In this document: positions 29,079-38,276 of the stretch, in pieces | Layout of the letters: every line of letters begins with the position of its first letter | Position numbering within the stretch: the stretch's first letter is position 1 | Source of the DNA: Stellaceae bacterium | GTDB taxonomy: Bacteria; Pseudomonadota; Alphaproteobacteria; ATCC43930; CGMCC-115725 | Assembly (NCBI GenBank): GCA_035632055.1 | Contig: DASQHO010000062.1 | Coordinates: 1,515 to 65,514 of the forward strand | DNA length: 64,000 nucleotides | Direction: 5' to 3' | Translations under genes and position numbers: made by a program | The notes under the pieces: model-generated | What the model was told of the DNA's origin: nothing | The model's input: only the letters and a program-made list of their open reading frames with translations | Databases searched by the model: none

Positions 29079-29863
29079 TCGCGCGTGCCCTGGGCGCGGA
29101 TTGCCTCGTCGCGCACCAACTTCCACAGATGGTCGACCTTGTCGGCAAACTCGCGCGTCTGCAGCAGCTCCTCGCCGCGCGCATTGCTCTTGAACTTGGT
29201 ATCAACGATTTCTTTAACGCGGCCGGGCCGCGCCGACATCACCGCGACGCGGTCGGCGAGGTAGACGGCCTCGCGCACGTCATGGGTGACAAAGACGACA
29301 GTTTTAGGCGCGCGCCGCATGATTGCCAGCAGCTCTTCATGCATCAGGGCGCGGGTCTGCGCGTCGAGCGCGCCAAATGGCTCATCCATGAGCAAGATTT
29401 CAGGCTCGACCGCCAACGTGCGGGCGATGGCGACGCGCTGGCGCATGCCGCCCGAAAGTTGCGATGGATAGCTGTCCTCGAAACCCTTCAAATGCACCAG
29501 CTCAACGAACTCCTGCGTCCGCTTCTCGCGCTCGGGCTTGGGCATGCCCTGTTTCTCGAGGCCGTAGAGGATGTTCTGGCGTACCGTCTTCCACGGGAAC
29601 AGCGCGAAATGCTGGAATACGATTCCGCGTTCAGGGCTTGGACCGGCGACCGGCTTGCCGCCGACGGTGATTGCGCCGCTTTCGACCGGAATGAAGCCAC
29701 CGAGCAAGTAGAGCAGCGTACTCTTACCGCAGCCCGACGGACCGAGCAGCGCCAGGAACTCACGGTCCTTGACGTCGAGCGACACGCCTTCGAGTGCGAG
29801 AACCGGCTTTCCGCGCGGCGGCCTGTATGTGTGACGAACCTCGCGGAACGAAATCCCTGCCAT
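29075..29863 (-). CDS. ABC transporter ATP-binding protein (NitT/TauT family)
   Basis: Walker A GPSGCGKST, signature LSGGMRQRVA, Walker B LLMDEP. Confidence 0.85.
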   Translation of the reverse strand: MAGISFREVRHTYRPPRGKPVLALEGVSLDVKDREFLALLGPSGCGKSTLLYLLGGFIPVESGAITVGGKPVAGPSPERGIVFQHFALFPWKTVRQNILYGLEKQGMPKPEREKRTQEFVELVHLKGFEDSYPSQLSGGMRQRVAIARTLAVEPEILLMDEPFGALDAQTRALMHEELLAIMRRAPKTVVFVTHDVREAVYLADRVAVMSARPGRVKEIVDTKFKSNARGEELLQTREFADKVDHLWKLVRDEAIRAQGTRE

Positions 29864-29879
29864 GTTCGAGCCAGTTGTG

Positions 29880-30896
29880 TCAGTGCACGCGCTTGGCCGC
29901 CTCGGTTACAAGAGAAGTGTCGGCGTATTTCTTGACATCGATTGGGATGTTCAGGAAGCCGAGTTCCTTTTGCACATTGAGATTGTTCTGCAACGCCGTC
30001 AGGTTCGGCAAGGCATTGATATCACGGTAATTATCTTTGTGCGTGAACAGCCAGTCGGAATATTCCGACGGCGGCTTTTTGGTAAAGTCGGCGACGATCT
30101 TGATCGCCTGCTCGCGGTTCTTCGGATCGTAGAACCAGTGGAGCGCGCGGATCCAATCCTCGAAGAAATCCACCAGCACGTCACGATGCGCTTCGATGAA
30201 CGGCGCCCGGCCGACGAGCAGCGTCGTCTGGGCCGGACCCATCGCGTCGCCAACGGTAAACAGCGTCTTGAGATTGCTCTGGCGGTGCGCCTCGATCGAG
30301 AACGGCATGATCATGGTGGCGAGATCGACCTTCTTCTCTTCGATCGACGCCAGCATGTTCGGGAACTGCACCTCGACCACTTGGTAGTCGCGCGTCGCCT
30401 GCAAGCCATGGGTCAGCAGGAATTTCTTCGACGCGATATCGACGGCGCCGCCGATCGCGTTGGTGGCGACGATCTTGCCTTTCAAGTCTTCCGGTTTGTT
30501 GATGCCGCTGTCTTTGCGGACCATATACTCGCTGGTGTAGTAGCCCGGAATGCCATCCTGATAGAGATCGGCGACGACGCGAATATCCTCGAGATGCGCG
30601 TTCTGAATCGCCAGGCCGAAGGACGAGAAGGCAAGCGACGCGAAATCGATATTGCCCGAAGCGAGGCTGGTGATCTGCGGCGTGCTACCGCGAAAATGCG
30701 TCAGCTCAACGGTGTAGCTCTTGCCGTAATGCTTGAGGATCGCCGGATTGTTGAACAGCACCGCGGTTAGTTGACCGGGGATAACCGCCCAAGAGATCGT
30801 GATCTTCAACGGCTCGGCGGCACGCGCCGGCATTAGTCCGGCGAAGAGCGCGGTTGCGAGCGCAACCGCCATCGCCGCTGCGCGAATCTTACGCAT
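29880..30896 (-). CDS. ABC transporter substrate-binding protein (NMT1/THI5-SsuA-like)
   Basis: Signal peptide MRKIRAAAMAVALATALFAGLMPARA; first gene of the four-gene transporter operon. Confidence 0.7.
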   Translation of the reverse strand: MRKIRAAAMAVALATALFAGLMPARAAEPLKITISWAVIPGQLTAVLFNNPAILKHYGKSYTVELTHFRGSTPQITSLASGNIDFASLAFSSFGLAIQNAHLEDIRVVADLYQDGIPGYYTSEYMVRKDSGINKPEDLKGKIVATNAIGGAVDIASKKFLLTHGLQATRDYQVVEVQFPNMLASIEEKKVDLATMIMPFSIEAHRQSNLKTLFTVGDAMGPAQTTLLVGRAPFIEAHRDVLVDFFEDWIRALHWFYDPKNREQAIKIVADFTKKPPSEYSDWLFTHKDNYRDINALPNLTALQNNLNVQKELGFLNIPIDVKKYADTSLVTEAAKRVH

Positions 30897-31056
30897 ATTT
30901 TATCCCTCCCCGAACGTCGGCTTGCGCGACGCTTGCAGGACTTTTGCGGTCCATACGGGGATTGTCAACCCAATCCCGAACACGTTCGGGCTCTGGACAG
31001 GAGCGCAATGGAATGGGCAGGATCGCCGGCCGCGACACTGCCGGGGCTGTGAGCCA

Positions 31057-33402
31057 ATGCGCGAATTCGACCTGGGCCGCGCCGTACCGCGAACCGAAGA
31101 CTTGCGGTTACTGCGCGGCCGCGGACGTTATACCGATGACATCATCCTGCCGCGTGCGGCACATCTCCATGTCCTGCGCTCGCCGCATGCGGCGGCGCGG
31201 ATTCGCAACATCGACCCAACGGCGGCGCGGGACGCGCCGGGCGTCGTCACCGTATTCACCGGCCGCGACACTGCCGCCGCCGGACTCGGCACGCTGCGTA
31301 GCCGCATTGTCCGCAAACGGCCGGACGGCAGCCCGAATTACCAGCCGGCCTATCGCATCCTGGCGCTCGACCGCGTCCAACATGTCGGCGATCCGGTAGC
31401 CGCAGTCATCGCCGAAACTCTGGCGCAGGCCAAGGACGCAGCCGAGCTGATCGCCGTCGATTACGAGATCCTGCCGTCGGTCACGGACACCGGCGGCGCG
31501 CTGGCACCGGACGCGCCCCGGGTTTGGGACGAAGCGCCGGGTAATATCTGTTTCGTCGAGCATGTCGGCAACGAAGCGCGGGTGAAAGAGGCGTTCGCGC
31601 GCGCCAAACACGTCGTCCGCCAGCGCTTCGTCATCAGCCGCGTCGCCGCCTCGCCGATGGAGGGCCGCGCCGCGCTCGGCGATTACGACTTGCGCGAAGA
31701 GCGCTTTACGCTTAATGCGGGCTTGCAGGCGCCGCACTTGATGCGAACTGAGCTCGCCGACAACATCTTCAAATTACCGGCGAACCGCTTCCACCTGATC
31801 TCGCCCGACGTTGGCGGCGGCTTCGGCATGAAAGGCAGCGCCTTTCCCGAATATGCGCTGGTGCTGTGGGCGGCAAAACGCGTCGGCCGGCCGGTTAAAT
31901 GGTTCTCCGAGCGTAGCGAATCCTTCGTCGGCGATCATCACGCGCGCGACAACATCTCGGAAGTTGCGCTGGCGCTCGACGCGAATGGCAAGTTCCTGGC
32001 GCTCGACGTCGCGACAGTCGCCAATATCGGCGCCTATATTGCCTCGAATGGCCTGCACGTGCCGGTCGGTAATCTCGGCGGCCTCGCGGGCCCTTATACG
32101 ACGCCGGCAATCCACGTGAAGGTCACCGGCGTGTTCTCGAACACCAATCCCACATGCCCCTATCGCGGTGCCGGCCGCCCCGAGGCGTCGTTCTGCATCG
32201 AGCGAATTATTGACATCGCCGCCGCCGAGCTAAAGATCGACCGCGCTGAGCTGCGCCGCCGAAACCTGATTCCGCCGGCGGCGATGCCGTTCAATACCGG
32301 CCTCGTGTTCACTTACGATTGCGGCGAGTTCGAGCGCGTCATGGACAAGGCGTTGACGCTTGGCGAGTGGTCGGGCGTAGCGGCACGCAAAGCCGACGCG
32401 CAGCGCCGCGGCAAACTTTACGGCGCCGGCATTGTTTCGGTCATCGAGGTTGCCGGCGGCCCTGCCGCCACGCCCTTTGAAGAAGGAATGGAAATCCGCT
32501 TCGACGCCACGGGCAGCGCCACTTTGCTGCTCGGCTCGCACAATCACGGTCAGGGGCACGAGACCGCCTTCCGCCAGCTTGCCAGCCATTTTCTCGGCCT
32601 CGCGCCTGATCAAGTGACGGTGATCTACGGCGATACGGACAAGGTGTTCCATGGCCGCGGTACGTTCGGCTCGCGCTCGCTGTCGGTCGGCGGTGGGGCG
32701 CTGCAGCTTGCGGCCGAACGCGTCATCGAAAAGGGCAAGAAGGTCGCCGGCCATTTGCTCGAAGCCGCGGCTGCCGACATCGAATTCGCCGACGGAAAGT
32801 TCACGGTCGCCGGCACCGACAAATCCATCGACCTGACTGCGGTGGCGCGGGCGGCCCACAATCCGCTCAAGATGCCGCCCAGCATCGAGGTCGGTCTCGA
32901 TGCGAACGCCGTCTTCCGTCCGCCCGCCGGCACCTTTCCCAACGGCTGTCACTTGTGCGAAGTCGAAATCGATCCCGATACCGGTGTCGCTTCGATCGTG
33001 CGTTATGCCGTGGTCGACGATGTCGGCCGGATCGTCAATCCGCTGCTACTCGAAGGCCAGATCCACGGCGGTATCGCTCAGGGCGCCGGCCAGGCGCTGT
33101 GCGAGGCCATCGTCTACGACCGCGACAGCGGTCAGCCGCTATCAGGCTCGTTCATGGACTATTACATGCCGCGCGCGACCGATTTCTGTCCGATAGAGGT
33201 CGGCGAGCACAACGTCCCGTCGAAAAGCAATCCGCTCGGCATCAAAGGCGCCGGCGAAGCCGGCTGTGTCGGCGCATTGCCGGCGGTGATGAACGCGATC
33301 AACGACGCGCTTTTACCTTTAGGCATCCGTCATTTCGATATGCCGGCGACACCCGAGCGGCTGTGGCGGGTGATCCAGAACGCCAAGGGTGGCCGCACCT
33401 AG
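31057..33402 (+). CDS. Xanthine dehydrogenase-family molybdopterin-binding large subunit (CoxL-like, not form I CODH)
   Basis: 781 aa from MREFDLGRAVPRTEDLRLLRGRGRYTDD. The active-site loop is CPYRGAGRPEA rather than the VAYRCSFR loop of true CO dehydrogenase. Confidence 0.85.
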   Translation: MREFDLGRAVPRTEDLRLLRGRGRYTDDIILPRAAHLHVLRSPHAAARIRNIDPTAARDAPGVVTVFTGRDTAAAGLGTLRSRIVRKRPDGSPNYQPAYRILALDRVQHVGDPVAAVIAETLAQAKDAAELIAVDYEILPSVTDTGGALAPDAPRVWDEAPGNICFVEHVGNEARVKEAFARAKHVVRQRFVISRVAASPMEGRAALGDYDLREERFTLNAGLQAPHLMRTELADNIFKLPANRFHLISPDVGGGFGMKGSAFPEYALVLWAAKRVGRPVKWFSERSESFVGDHHARDNISEVALALDANGKFLALDVATVANIGAYIASNGLHVPVGNLGGLAGPYTTPAIHVKVTGVFSNTNPTCPYRGAGRPEASFCIERIIDIAAAELKIDRAELRRRNLIPPAAMPFNTGLVFTYDCGEFERVMDKALTLGEWSGVAARKADAQRRGKLYGAGIVSVIEVAGGPAATPFEEGMEIRFDATGSATLLLGSHNHGQGHETAFRQLASHFLGLAPDQVTVIYGDTDKVFHGRGTFGSRSLSVGGGALQLAAERVIEKGKKVAGHLLEAAAADIEFADGKFTVAGTDKSIDLTAVARAAHNPLKMPPSIEVGLDANAVFRPPAGTFPNGCHLCEVEIDPDTGVASIVRYAVVDDVGRIVNPLLLEGQIHGGIAQGAGQALCEAIVYDRDSGQPLSGSFMDYYMPRATDFCPIEVGEHNVPSKSNPLGIKGAGEAGCVGALPAVMNAINDALLPLGIRHFDMPATPERLWRVIQNAKGGRT

Positions 33403-33953
33403 TGGTTCGGCGGCTTCGCGCCGGGCGACTTGGTGAGATTTTTCGCCGGCCACTGGTCGCTAACGGCGGGCAATGGTCCTTTCTTGCCGGTGACGCGCTC
33501 GAGATCTATGCGATAGACCGTCACCTGATCGAGCCGCGGATAGAAGCCCTTGGGCCGCACCCATTTCGGATCGCCGTATTTCGCCATGAAACGGTCGAAG
33601 AAACGCGCCTTCGTCGCGCGATCGCTCTCGATCGTGACCGTGCCGAAGGCGACGACACTGGCGTAGCTCACCGTCGTGTCGCATTCGAACTCGCCATAGG
33701 GATAAATCGTGCCCATCTCGGCGGCTTCGAACGAAACGCGCGGGTTGCGCTCGATATTGCCTTGAAAGTGGCCGGCAGCGCTGGTGTGGATGTAGACCTT
33801 GCCAGCGTCATAGACGAACAGGTTGGGAATGACGTACGGCTGACCGGCCTCGTCGACGGAGCCGATATGGCCGAGCGCCACGCGGCCAAGAAACGCCTCC
33901 GCCTCGGCACGGCTCATCTCCTTGTCCTTGCGGCGGACGACGCCCTGACTCAT
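33399..33953 (-). CDS. Pyridoxamine 5'-phosphate oxidase-family (FMN-binding split-barrel) protein
   Basis: Starts at MSQGVVRRKDKEMSRAEAEAFL...GHIGSVDEAGQPYVIP. Its stop overlaps the convergent stop of the Mo-hydroxylase gene (CTAG). Confidence 0.6.
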   Translation of the reverse strand: MSQGVVRRKDKEMSRAEAEAFLGRVALGHIGSVDEAGQPYVIPNLFVYDAGKVYIHTSAAGHFQGNIERNPRVSFEAAEMGTIYPYGEFECDTTVSYASVVAFGTVTIESDRATKARFFDRFMAKYGDPKWVRPKGFYPRLDQVTVYRIDLERVTGKKGPLPAVSDQWPAKNLTKSPGAKPPNH

Positions 33954-33963
33954 ACGCGGCGTT

Positions 33964-34935
33964 TCACTTGGCGACGTGCTCGCAATACCAGCGATAGGCG
34001 TCGGTGAGGCCATCGCTCAACCGGATACGCGGCCGCCAGCCGAGCGCATCGAGCTTGCCTGTATCGAGCAGCTTGCGCGGCGCGCCATCCGGCTTCGAGG
34101 CGTCGAAACGGAAGGTACCTTTGTAGCCGACGATCTGGGCGATGGCGTGTGCGAGCTCGGCAATCGTCAGATCCTCGCCCCAACCGACATTGACGTGGCT
34201 CTCGTCGGAATAACGCTCCATCAGAAACACCATCGCGTCGGCGAGATCGTCGACGTGCAGGAACTCGCGCCGCGGCTTGCCACTGCCCCAGATCTCGACG
34301 AACGGCGCGTTCTCGCGTTTGGCGCGGTCGATTTTCATGATCAACGCCGGAATGACATGACTGCCCTCGAGATCGTAACGGTCGCCAGGACCATAAAGAT
34401 TCGTCGGCTGAGCGGAGATAAAATCGCAGTTCCATTGCCGGCGAGAGGCGGCACACAGCTTAAGGCCGGCGATCTTGGCGACGGCGTACCACTGATTCGT
34501 CGGCTCCAGCGGGCCCGCCAATAGCTCAGCCTCGACCATCGGTTGCTTCGCAAGCCGCGGATAGATGCACGAAGAGCCAAGATAGAGCAGCTTCTTGACG
34601 CCGTTCTGGCGCGCGGCCTCGATCAGGTTTCCGGCGATCATCAGATTGTCGTAGAGGAATTCCGCTGGCCGCGTCGAATTGGCGAGGATGCCACCGACCG
34701 TCGCGGCGGTGATGAACACGACCTCCGGCTTCAGCTTGCGCACCAGCGCCTCGACGGCGTCCTGGCGTCGCATGTCAGCGTCGCCTCGGCCGGCGGTCAG
34801 CACGGTGCAGCTGGCGCTGCCGAGACGGCGCACCAGCGCGCTGCCTACCATGCCGCGATGGCCGGCGATCAGCACACGCTTGCCGGCAAGCGGAAAAATC
34901 ACCGGCGTGATTGGTGCGGTCTTGGGTTCGCGCAT
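33964..34935 (-). CDS. fcl: GDP-L-fucose synthase
   Basis: SDR fold with VLIAGHRGMVGSAL, about 320 aa. Its ATG shares one nt with the gmd stop. Confidence 0.85.
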   Translation of the reverse strand: MREPKTAPITPVIFPLAGKRVLIAGHRGMVGSALVRRLGSASCTVLTAGRGDADMRRQDAVEALVRKLKPEVVFITAATVGGILANSTRPAEFLYDNLMIAGNLIEAARQNGVKKLLYLGSSCIYPRLAKQPMVEAELLAGPLEPTNQWYAVAKIAGLKLCAASRRQWNCDFISAQPTNLYGPGDRYDLEGSHVIPALIMKIDRAKRENAPFVEIWGSGKPRREFLHVDDLADAMVFLMERYSDESHVNVGWGEDLTIAELAHAIAQIVGYKGTFRFDASKPDGAPRKLLDTGKLDALGWRPRIRLSDGLTDAYRWYCEHVAK

Positions 34936-35993
34936 CAGCCGACGCCCGTCGAGGCCGCCCCGCGCGCCGGACTGTCATAGCCGGCGCGGTGCAGCGTCTT
35001 CTCCTGCTGCGCCAGGCCGAGATCGTGCTTCACCATCAGCTTCACGAGCGTCTTGAAATCCATCGTCGGCCGCCAGCCGAGCAGCTTGCGTGCCTTCGAC
35101 GCGTCGCCCTGCAGGGCATCGACCTCAGTCGGCCGCAGATAGCGCGCGTCGAGCTCGACATGCTTCTTCCAATCGAGGCCGAGCTCGCCGAACGCGGTCT
35201 CAACCAGATCGCGCACCGTGTGCGATCGGCCGGTGGCAACCACGTAATCGTCAGGCTTGTCCTGCTGCAACATCAACCACATCGCTTCTACGTAATCGCC
35301 GGCGAAGCCCCAGTCACGGCGCGCCTCCATATTGCCGAGGAAGAGCTTGTCCTGCAGCCCTTCCTTGATACGACCGGCGGCGCGCGTCACCTTGCGAGTG
35401 ACAAATGTTTCGCCGCGTCGCGGACTTTCGTGATTGAACAGGATGCCATTGCAGATGAACAGGCCATAGGCCTCGCGGTAGTTCACGGCATACCAGTGCG
35501 CCGCAACCTTGCTGACGGCATAGGGACTACGCGGCTCGAACGGTGTCTTTTCGTGCTGTGGCGGTATGGCGCCGCCGAACATCTCCGACGAGCCCGCCTG
35601 ATAGAAGCGGACCTTGCGGCCACCATGCGCAACGTGATCGCGCAGCGCCTCGAGTAACCGCAGCGTGCCCAGCGCGTCGATGTCGGCGGTGTATTCCGGC
35701 ACCTCGAACGATACTTTGACGTGACTCTGGGCGCCGAGATTGTAGACCTCGTCGGGCTGGACCTTTTCCAGGACGCGGCGCAGCACTGTGCCATCGGACA
35801 GGTCGCCGTAATGGAGCGTCAGGTTGGCGCCCGTGACGTGGGGATCGTGATAGAGGTGGTCGATCCGATCGGTGTTAAACAGGCTCGCGCGGCGCAGCAT
35901 GCCGTGCACCGCATAGCCTTTGCCAATCAGCAATTCGGTGAGATAGGCGCCGTCCTGGCCGGTAACGCCGGTGATCAACGCGCGTTTAACCAT
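34935..35993 (-). CDS. gmd: GDP-mannose 4,6-dehydratase
   Basis: [27 protein letters not shown] and the remaining sequence are typical of Gmd. Confidence 0.93.
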   Translation of the reverse strand: MVKRALITGVTGQDGAYLTELLIGKGYAVHGMLRRASLFNTDRIDHLYHDPHVTGANLTLHYGDLSDGTVLRRVLEKVQPDEVYNLGAQSHVKVSFEVPEYTADIDALGTLRLLEALRDHVAHGGRKVRFYQAGSSEMFGGAIPPQHEKTPFEPRSPYAVSKVAAHWYAVNYREAYGLFICNGILFNHESPRRGETFVTRKVTRAAGRIKEGLQDKLFLGNMEARRDWGFAGDYVEAMWLMLQQDKPDDYVVATGRSHTVRDLVETAFGELGLDWKKHVELDARYLRPTEVDALQGDASKARKLLGWRPTMDFKTLVKLMVKHDLGLAQQEKTLHRAGYDSPARGAASTGVG

Positions 35994-36072
35994 GGGGCTG
36001 TTAAGGTCCTCCTGCGGGTCGCGATCCTATTACAATATCGTCGGTTCCGCGACCGGCCTGTAAGAGATTAAA

Positions 36073-36088
36073 CCTTGAGGAATCAAGG
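36073..36088. promoter_or_regulatory. Palindrome CCTTGA-GGAA-TCAAGG in the gmd / GT2 divergent intergenic region
   Basis: Perfect 6-4-6 inverted repeat, followed by the near-repeat GAATCAAGG / GAATCGAGG. Confidence 0.25.
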
Positions 36089-36125
36089 CGAATCGAGGCA
36101 TTTTGCGTGTAAGGACCCTTTCCGG

Positions 36126-37280
36126 ATGAGCGAAGCCACCGCCCGTAGGATCGAGCCGCAAGCCCTGCCGCTGCGCGCCGCTGAACTCACTGTCGTGATT
36201 CCGACCCTTAATGAGCGTGAGAACATCGCGCCGCTGCTGGAACGGCTCGACCTGACTCTGGCCGGAACGCGCTGGGAAGTGATCTTCGTCGACGATGATT
36301 CGACTGACGGTACGCCCGAAGCGGTGCGCGAGATCGGCCGCAACGACCCGCGGGTGCGCTGCTTGCAACGCATCGGCCGGCGCGGCCTGTCGACCGCCTG
36401 CATCGAAGGCATCTTGGCTTCGGCTTCGCCGTTTGTCGCCGTCATGGATGCCGATCTGCAGCAAGACGAATCGCTGCTGCCGGGCATGCTCAACGCGCTG
36501 CGCCACGAGGCCTGCGACATTGTCGTCGGCTCGCGTTATGTCGCCGGCGGCGGCGTCGGCGAATGGGACAAGACCCGCGCCAATATGAGCGGCCTCGCCA
36601 CCAAGCTCTCGCGCCTGATCTGCAAGACCGAAATCGCGGATCCGATGAGCGGCTTTTTCATGCTGCGCCGCGACGTGTTTGAAAGTGCGGTGCGTGGTCT
36701 GTCGGGCCAGGGTTTCAAGATCCTGCTCGATCTGCTGGCGTCGCTGCCGACACCGCCGCGCCTCAAAGAACTGCCGTACCAATTCCGCAACCGGCGCTAC
36801 GGCGAGAGCAAACTCGACACGATGGTGGCGTGGGAATTCGGCATGCTGCTGGCCGACAAGCTGGTCGGCCAGATCGTGCCGGTGCGCTTCGCGCTGTTCG
36901 CGCTGATCGGCGCGCTGGGCGTTGTCGTCGATCTGATCGTGCTATCGCTGGCGCTGACTGTCGGCGCCGGCTTTATCGCCGCCCAGGCGATTGCCACGCT
37001 GGTGGCGATGACTTCGAACTTCTTCCTCAATAACGTCTTCACCTACCGCGACCAGCGGCTCAAAGGCTGGCGCCTGTGGCGCGGCCTGCTGTCGTTTTAC
37101 GTCATCTGTGCGCTGGGCGCGGTCGCCAATGTCGGCTTCGCCGCCTTCGTCTTCGCCGGCGATGCGCACTGGCTGGCCGGCTTCAAAGGCATTCCATGGC
37201 TCGCCAGCGTCGCCGGCGTGATTGTCGGCTCGGTGTGGAATTACGCGGTCTCGTCGGTCTTCACTTGGAAGCGCAAGTAG
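36126..37280 (+). CDS. Family 2 glycosyltransferase (Dpm1/ArnC-like polyprenyl-phosphate glycosyltransferase) fused to a GtrA-like membrane domain
   Basis: N-terminal VVIPTLNERENI, FVDDDSTDGT and MDADLQQDE motifs. The C-terminal region of about 130 aa has 4 TM helices and the GtrA-like NFFLNNVFTY. Confidence 0.75.
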   Translation: MSEATARRIEPQALPLRAAELTVVIPTLNERENIAPLLERLDLTLAGTRWEVIFVDDDSTDGTPEAVREIGRNDPRVRCLQRIGRRGLSTACIEGILASASPFVAVMDADLQQDESLLPGMLNALRHEACDIVVGSRYVAGGGVGEWDKTRANMSGLATKLSRLICKTEIADPMSGFFMLRRDVFESAVRGLSGQGFKILLDLLASLPTPPRLKELPYQFRNRRYGESKLDTMVAWEFGMLLADKLVGQIVPVRFALFALIGALGVVVDLIVLSLALTVGAGFIAAQAIATLVAMTSNFFLNNVFTYRDQRLKGWRLWRGLLSFYVICALGAVANVGFAAFVFAGDAHWLAGFKGIPWLASVAGVIVGSVWNYAVSSVFTWKRK

Positions 37281-37292
37281 CGCGCGGCGTTC

Positions 37293-37643
37293 CTACTGTC
37301 GGCGTTGTGGCCGCAGCTGATAGCGGTCGCCGGCGATCTTCTCGAACATCACGTCGATCATCGGGTGGCTGATCGGACCATTTTCGGCGTCCGGCAGCAG
37401 GTTCTGTTCCGAGACGTAAGCTTCGTAAGGGCCACCCTGGGCGTTCTGCGCCAACAGGTGATAGAACGGCTGGTCCTTCGACGGCCGGCGGTCAGCCGGG
37501 ATCGCCTGATACCATTCCTCCGAATTGTTGAAGACCGGATCGACGTCGTAGATCACACCGCGGAACGGATAGAGCCGGTGGCGCACGATCTGGCCGACCG
37601 AGAATTTTGCCTGCCGAAGAATTACTTGGCCGCCGCATCCCAT
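37293..37643 (-). CDS. hspQ: Heat shock protein HspQ (hemimethylated-DNA-binding YccV family)
   Basis: AKFSVGQIVRHRLYPFRGVIYDVDPVF. Confidence 0.8.
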   Translation of the reverse strand: MGCGGQVILRQAKFSVGQIVRHRLYPFRGVIYDVDPVFNNSEEWYQAIPADRRPSKDQPFYHLLAQNAQGGPYEAYVSEQNLLPDAENGPISHPMIDVMFEKIAGDRYQLRPQRRQ

Positions 37644-37738
37644 CTGGCCCTCACCTGCGCGCCGCTGTCACGCGCCTGAAACCTTAGGGTGATTCTGTTG
37701 TCACGCTCAAGCGACAACGGGTCGAGTCTCGCCGAAAA

Positions 37739-38044
37739 TCAGCGCTGGCCTTGATAGCGCCGCGCCAGCCGCAGCAGCTCGAGATCGCATGTCTGCTTGG
37801 CGATCTCCTCAAGATCCTCGAAATAGGTTCGCAGGCCTGCCGGGCTCAGCCGGCCGATCAGCCATCCGACAAATTGCTCTGGCGTTTTGACCCAAGTAGG
37901 CAACGGGTCGAGGCCGTGGCCGATCGGCAGCACCGCGCGCAGAATCCGCCAACGTCGACGACGCAACTGCTCGTCGAGTGGATCGAGATCGGCTTCGAGT
38001 GCCCACCCCGGGCGACTTTGCGCGCCACCGCTGCGTCCCGCCAT
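37739..38044 (-). CDS. Hypothetical protein (101 aa)
   Basis: GC-rich third codon positions typical of this genome, with AGGGGA about 11 nt upstream of the ATG. I recognise no family. Confidence 0.45.
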   Translation of the reverse strand: MAGRSGGAQSRPGWALEADLDPLDEQLRRRRWRILRAVLPIGHGLDPLPTWVKTPEQFVGWLIGRLSPAGLRTYFEDLEEIAKQTCDLELLRLARRYQGQR

Positions 38045-38050
38045 AGCGAC

Positions 38051-38269
38051 TCAATCCCCTGTCGTCATTCGACGCACGGTCCAAACCTGCGCCGCGTTAA
38101 GATTACCCAAAGGTAATGTTAATATAGCCAAAAGAATTACTATTGCAACGGCGAAAACGGCTAATCCAGCTGAAATATTGAGTTCTACTACCCAAATAGT
38201 TAACGCAGAAGTGTCAAGTCGAGTGCGGATCGTTAATCTTCCGTCGGCTGGCTTGCCGCCCGCGGCCAC
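38051..38269 (-). CDS. Doubtful small ORF (72 aa, one TM helix) running through the AT-rich block
   Basis: GTG start with no Shine-Dalgarno sequence, and third codon positions mostly A/T, unlike every other gene here. The hydrophobic stretch is ISAGLAVFAVAIVILLAILTLPLG. The stop lies 6 nt before the next ATG. Confidence 0.2.
   Translation of the reverse strand: MAAGGKPADGRLTIRTRLDTSALTIWVVELNISAGLAVFAVAIVILLAILTLPLGNLNAAQVWTVRRMTTGD
38082..38098. repeat. Left copy of a direct repeat (CAAACCTG + GCGCCGCGTT) flanking the AT-rich block
   Basis: CAAACCTGCGCCGCGTT. The right copy at 38277-38300 has the same two words in the same order, with a 6-nt insert. Confidence 0.7.
38099..38240. other. AT-rich block of about 140 bp with atypical composition for this genome
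   Basis: By eye about 35% G+C against about 65% in the flanks. It has terminal inverted 7-mers AAGATTA / TAATCTT, an internal palindrome ATTACC-CAAA-GGTAAT, and TACCCAAA twice. Confidence 0.6.
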
Positions 38270-38276
38270 GCCGCGT

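Noticed and set aside
30799-31056. N-terminal extensions suggested by the ORF track, for example on the Mo-hydroxylase. The same occurs for phasin (6687-6896), coaX (54386-54604), nuoH (62497-62922), proS, lolC/E, tag and the 26187 and 25475 ORFs.
   Set aside because: The extensions are Arg/Ala-rich and overlap the neighbouring gene or promoter region. Internal starts with Shine-Dalgarno sequences or ATGA/GTGA coupling give proteins that begin where their families normally begin.
36073-36088. CCTTGA-GGAA-TCAAGG considered as an FNR/FixK box
   Set aside because: FNR/FixK sites are TTGAT-N4-ATCAA, that is TTGA-N6-TCAA. Here the TTGA and TCAA half-sites are only 4 nt apart. I keep it as an unassigned palindrome.
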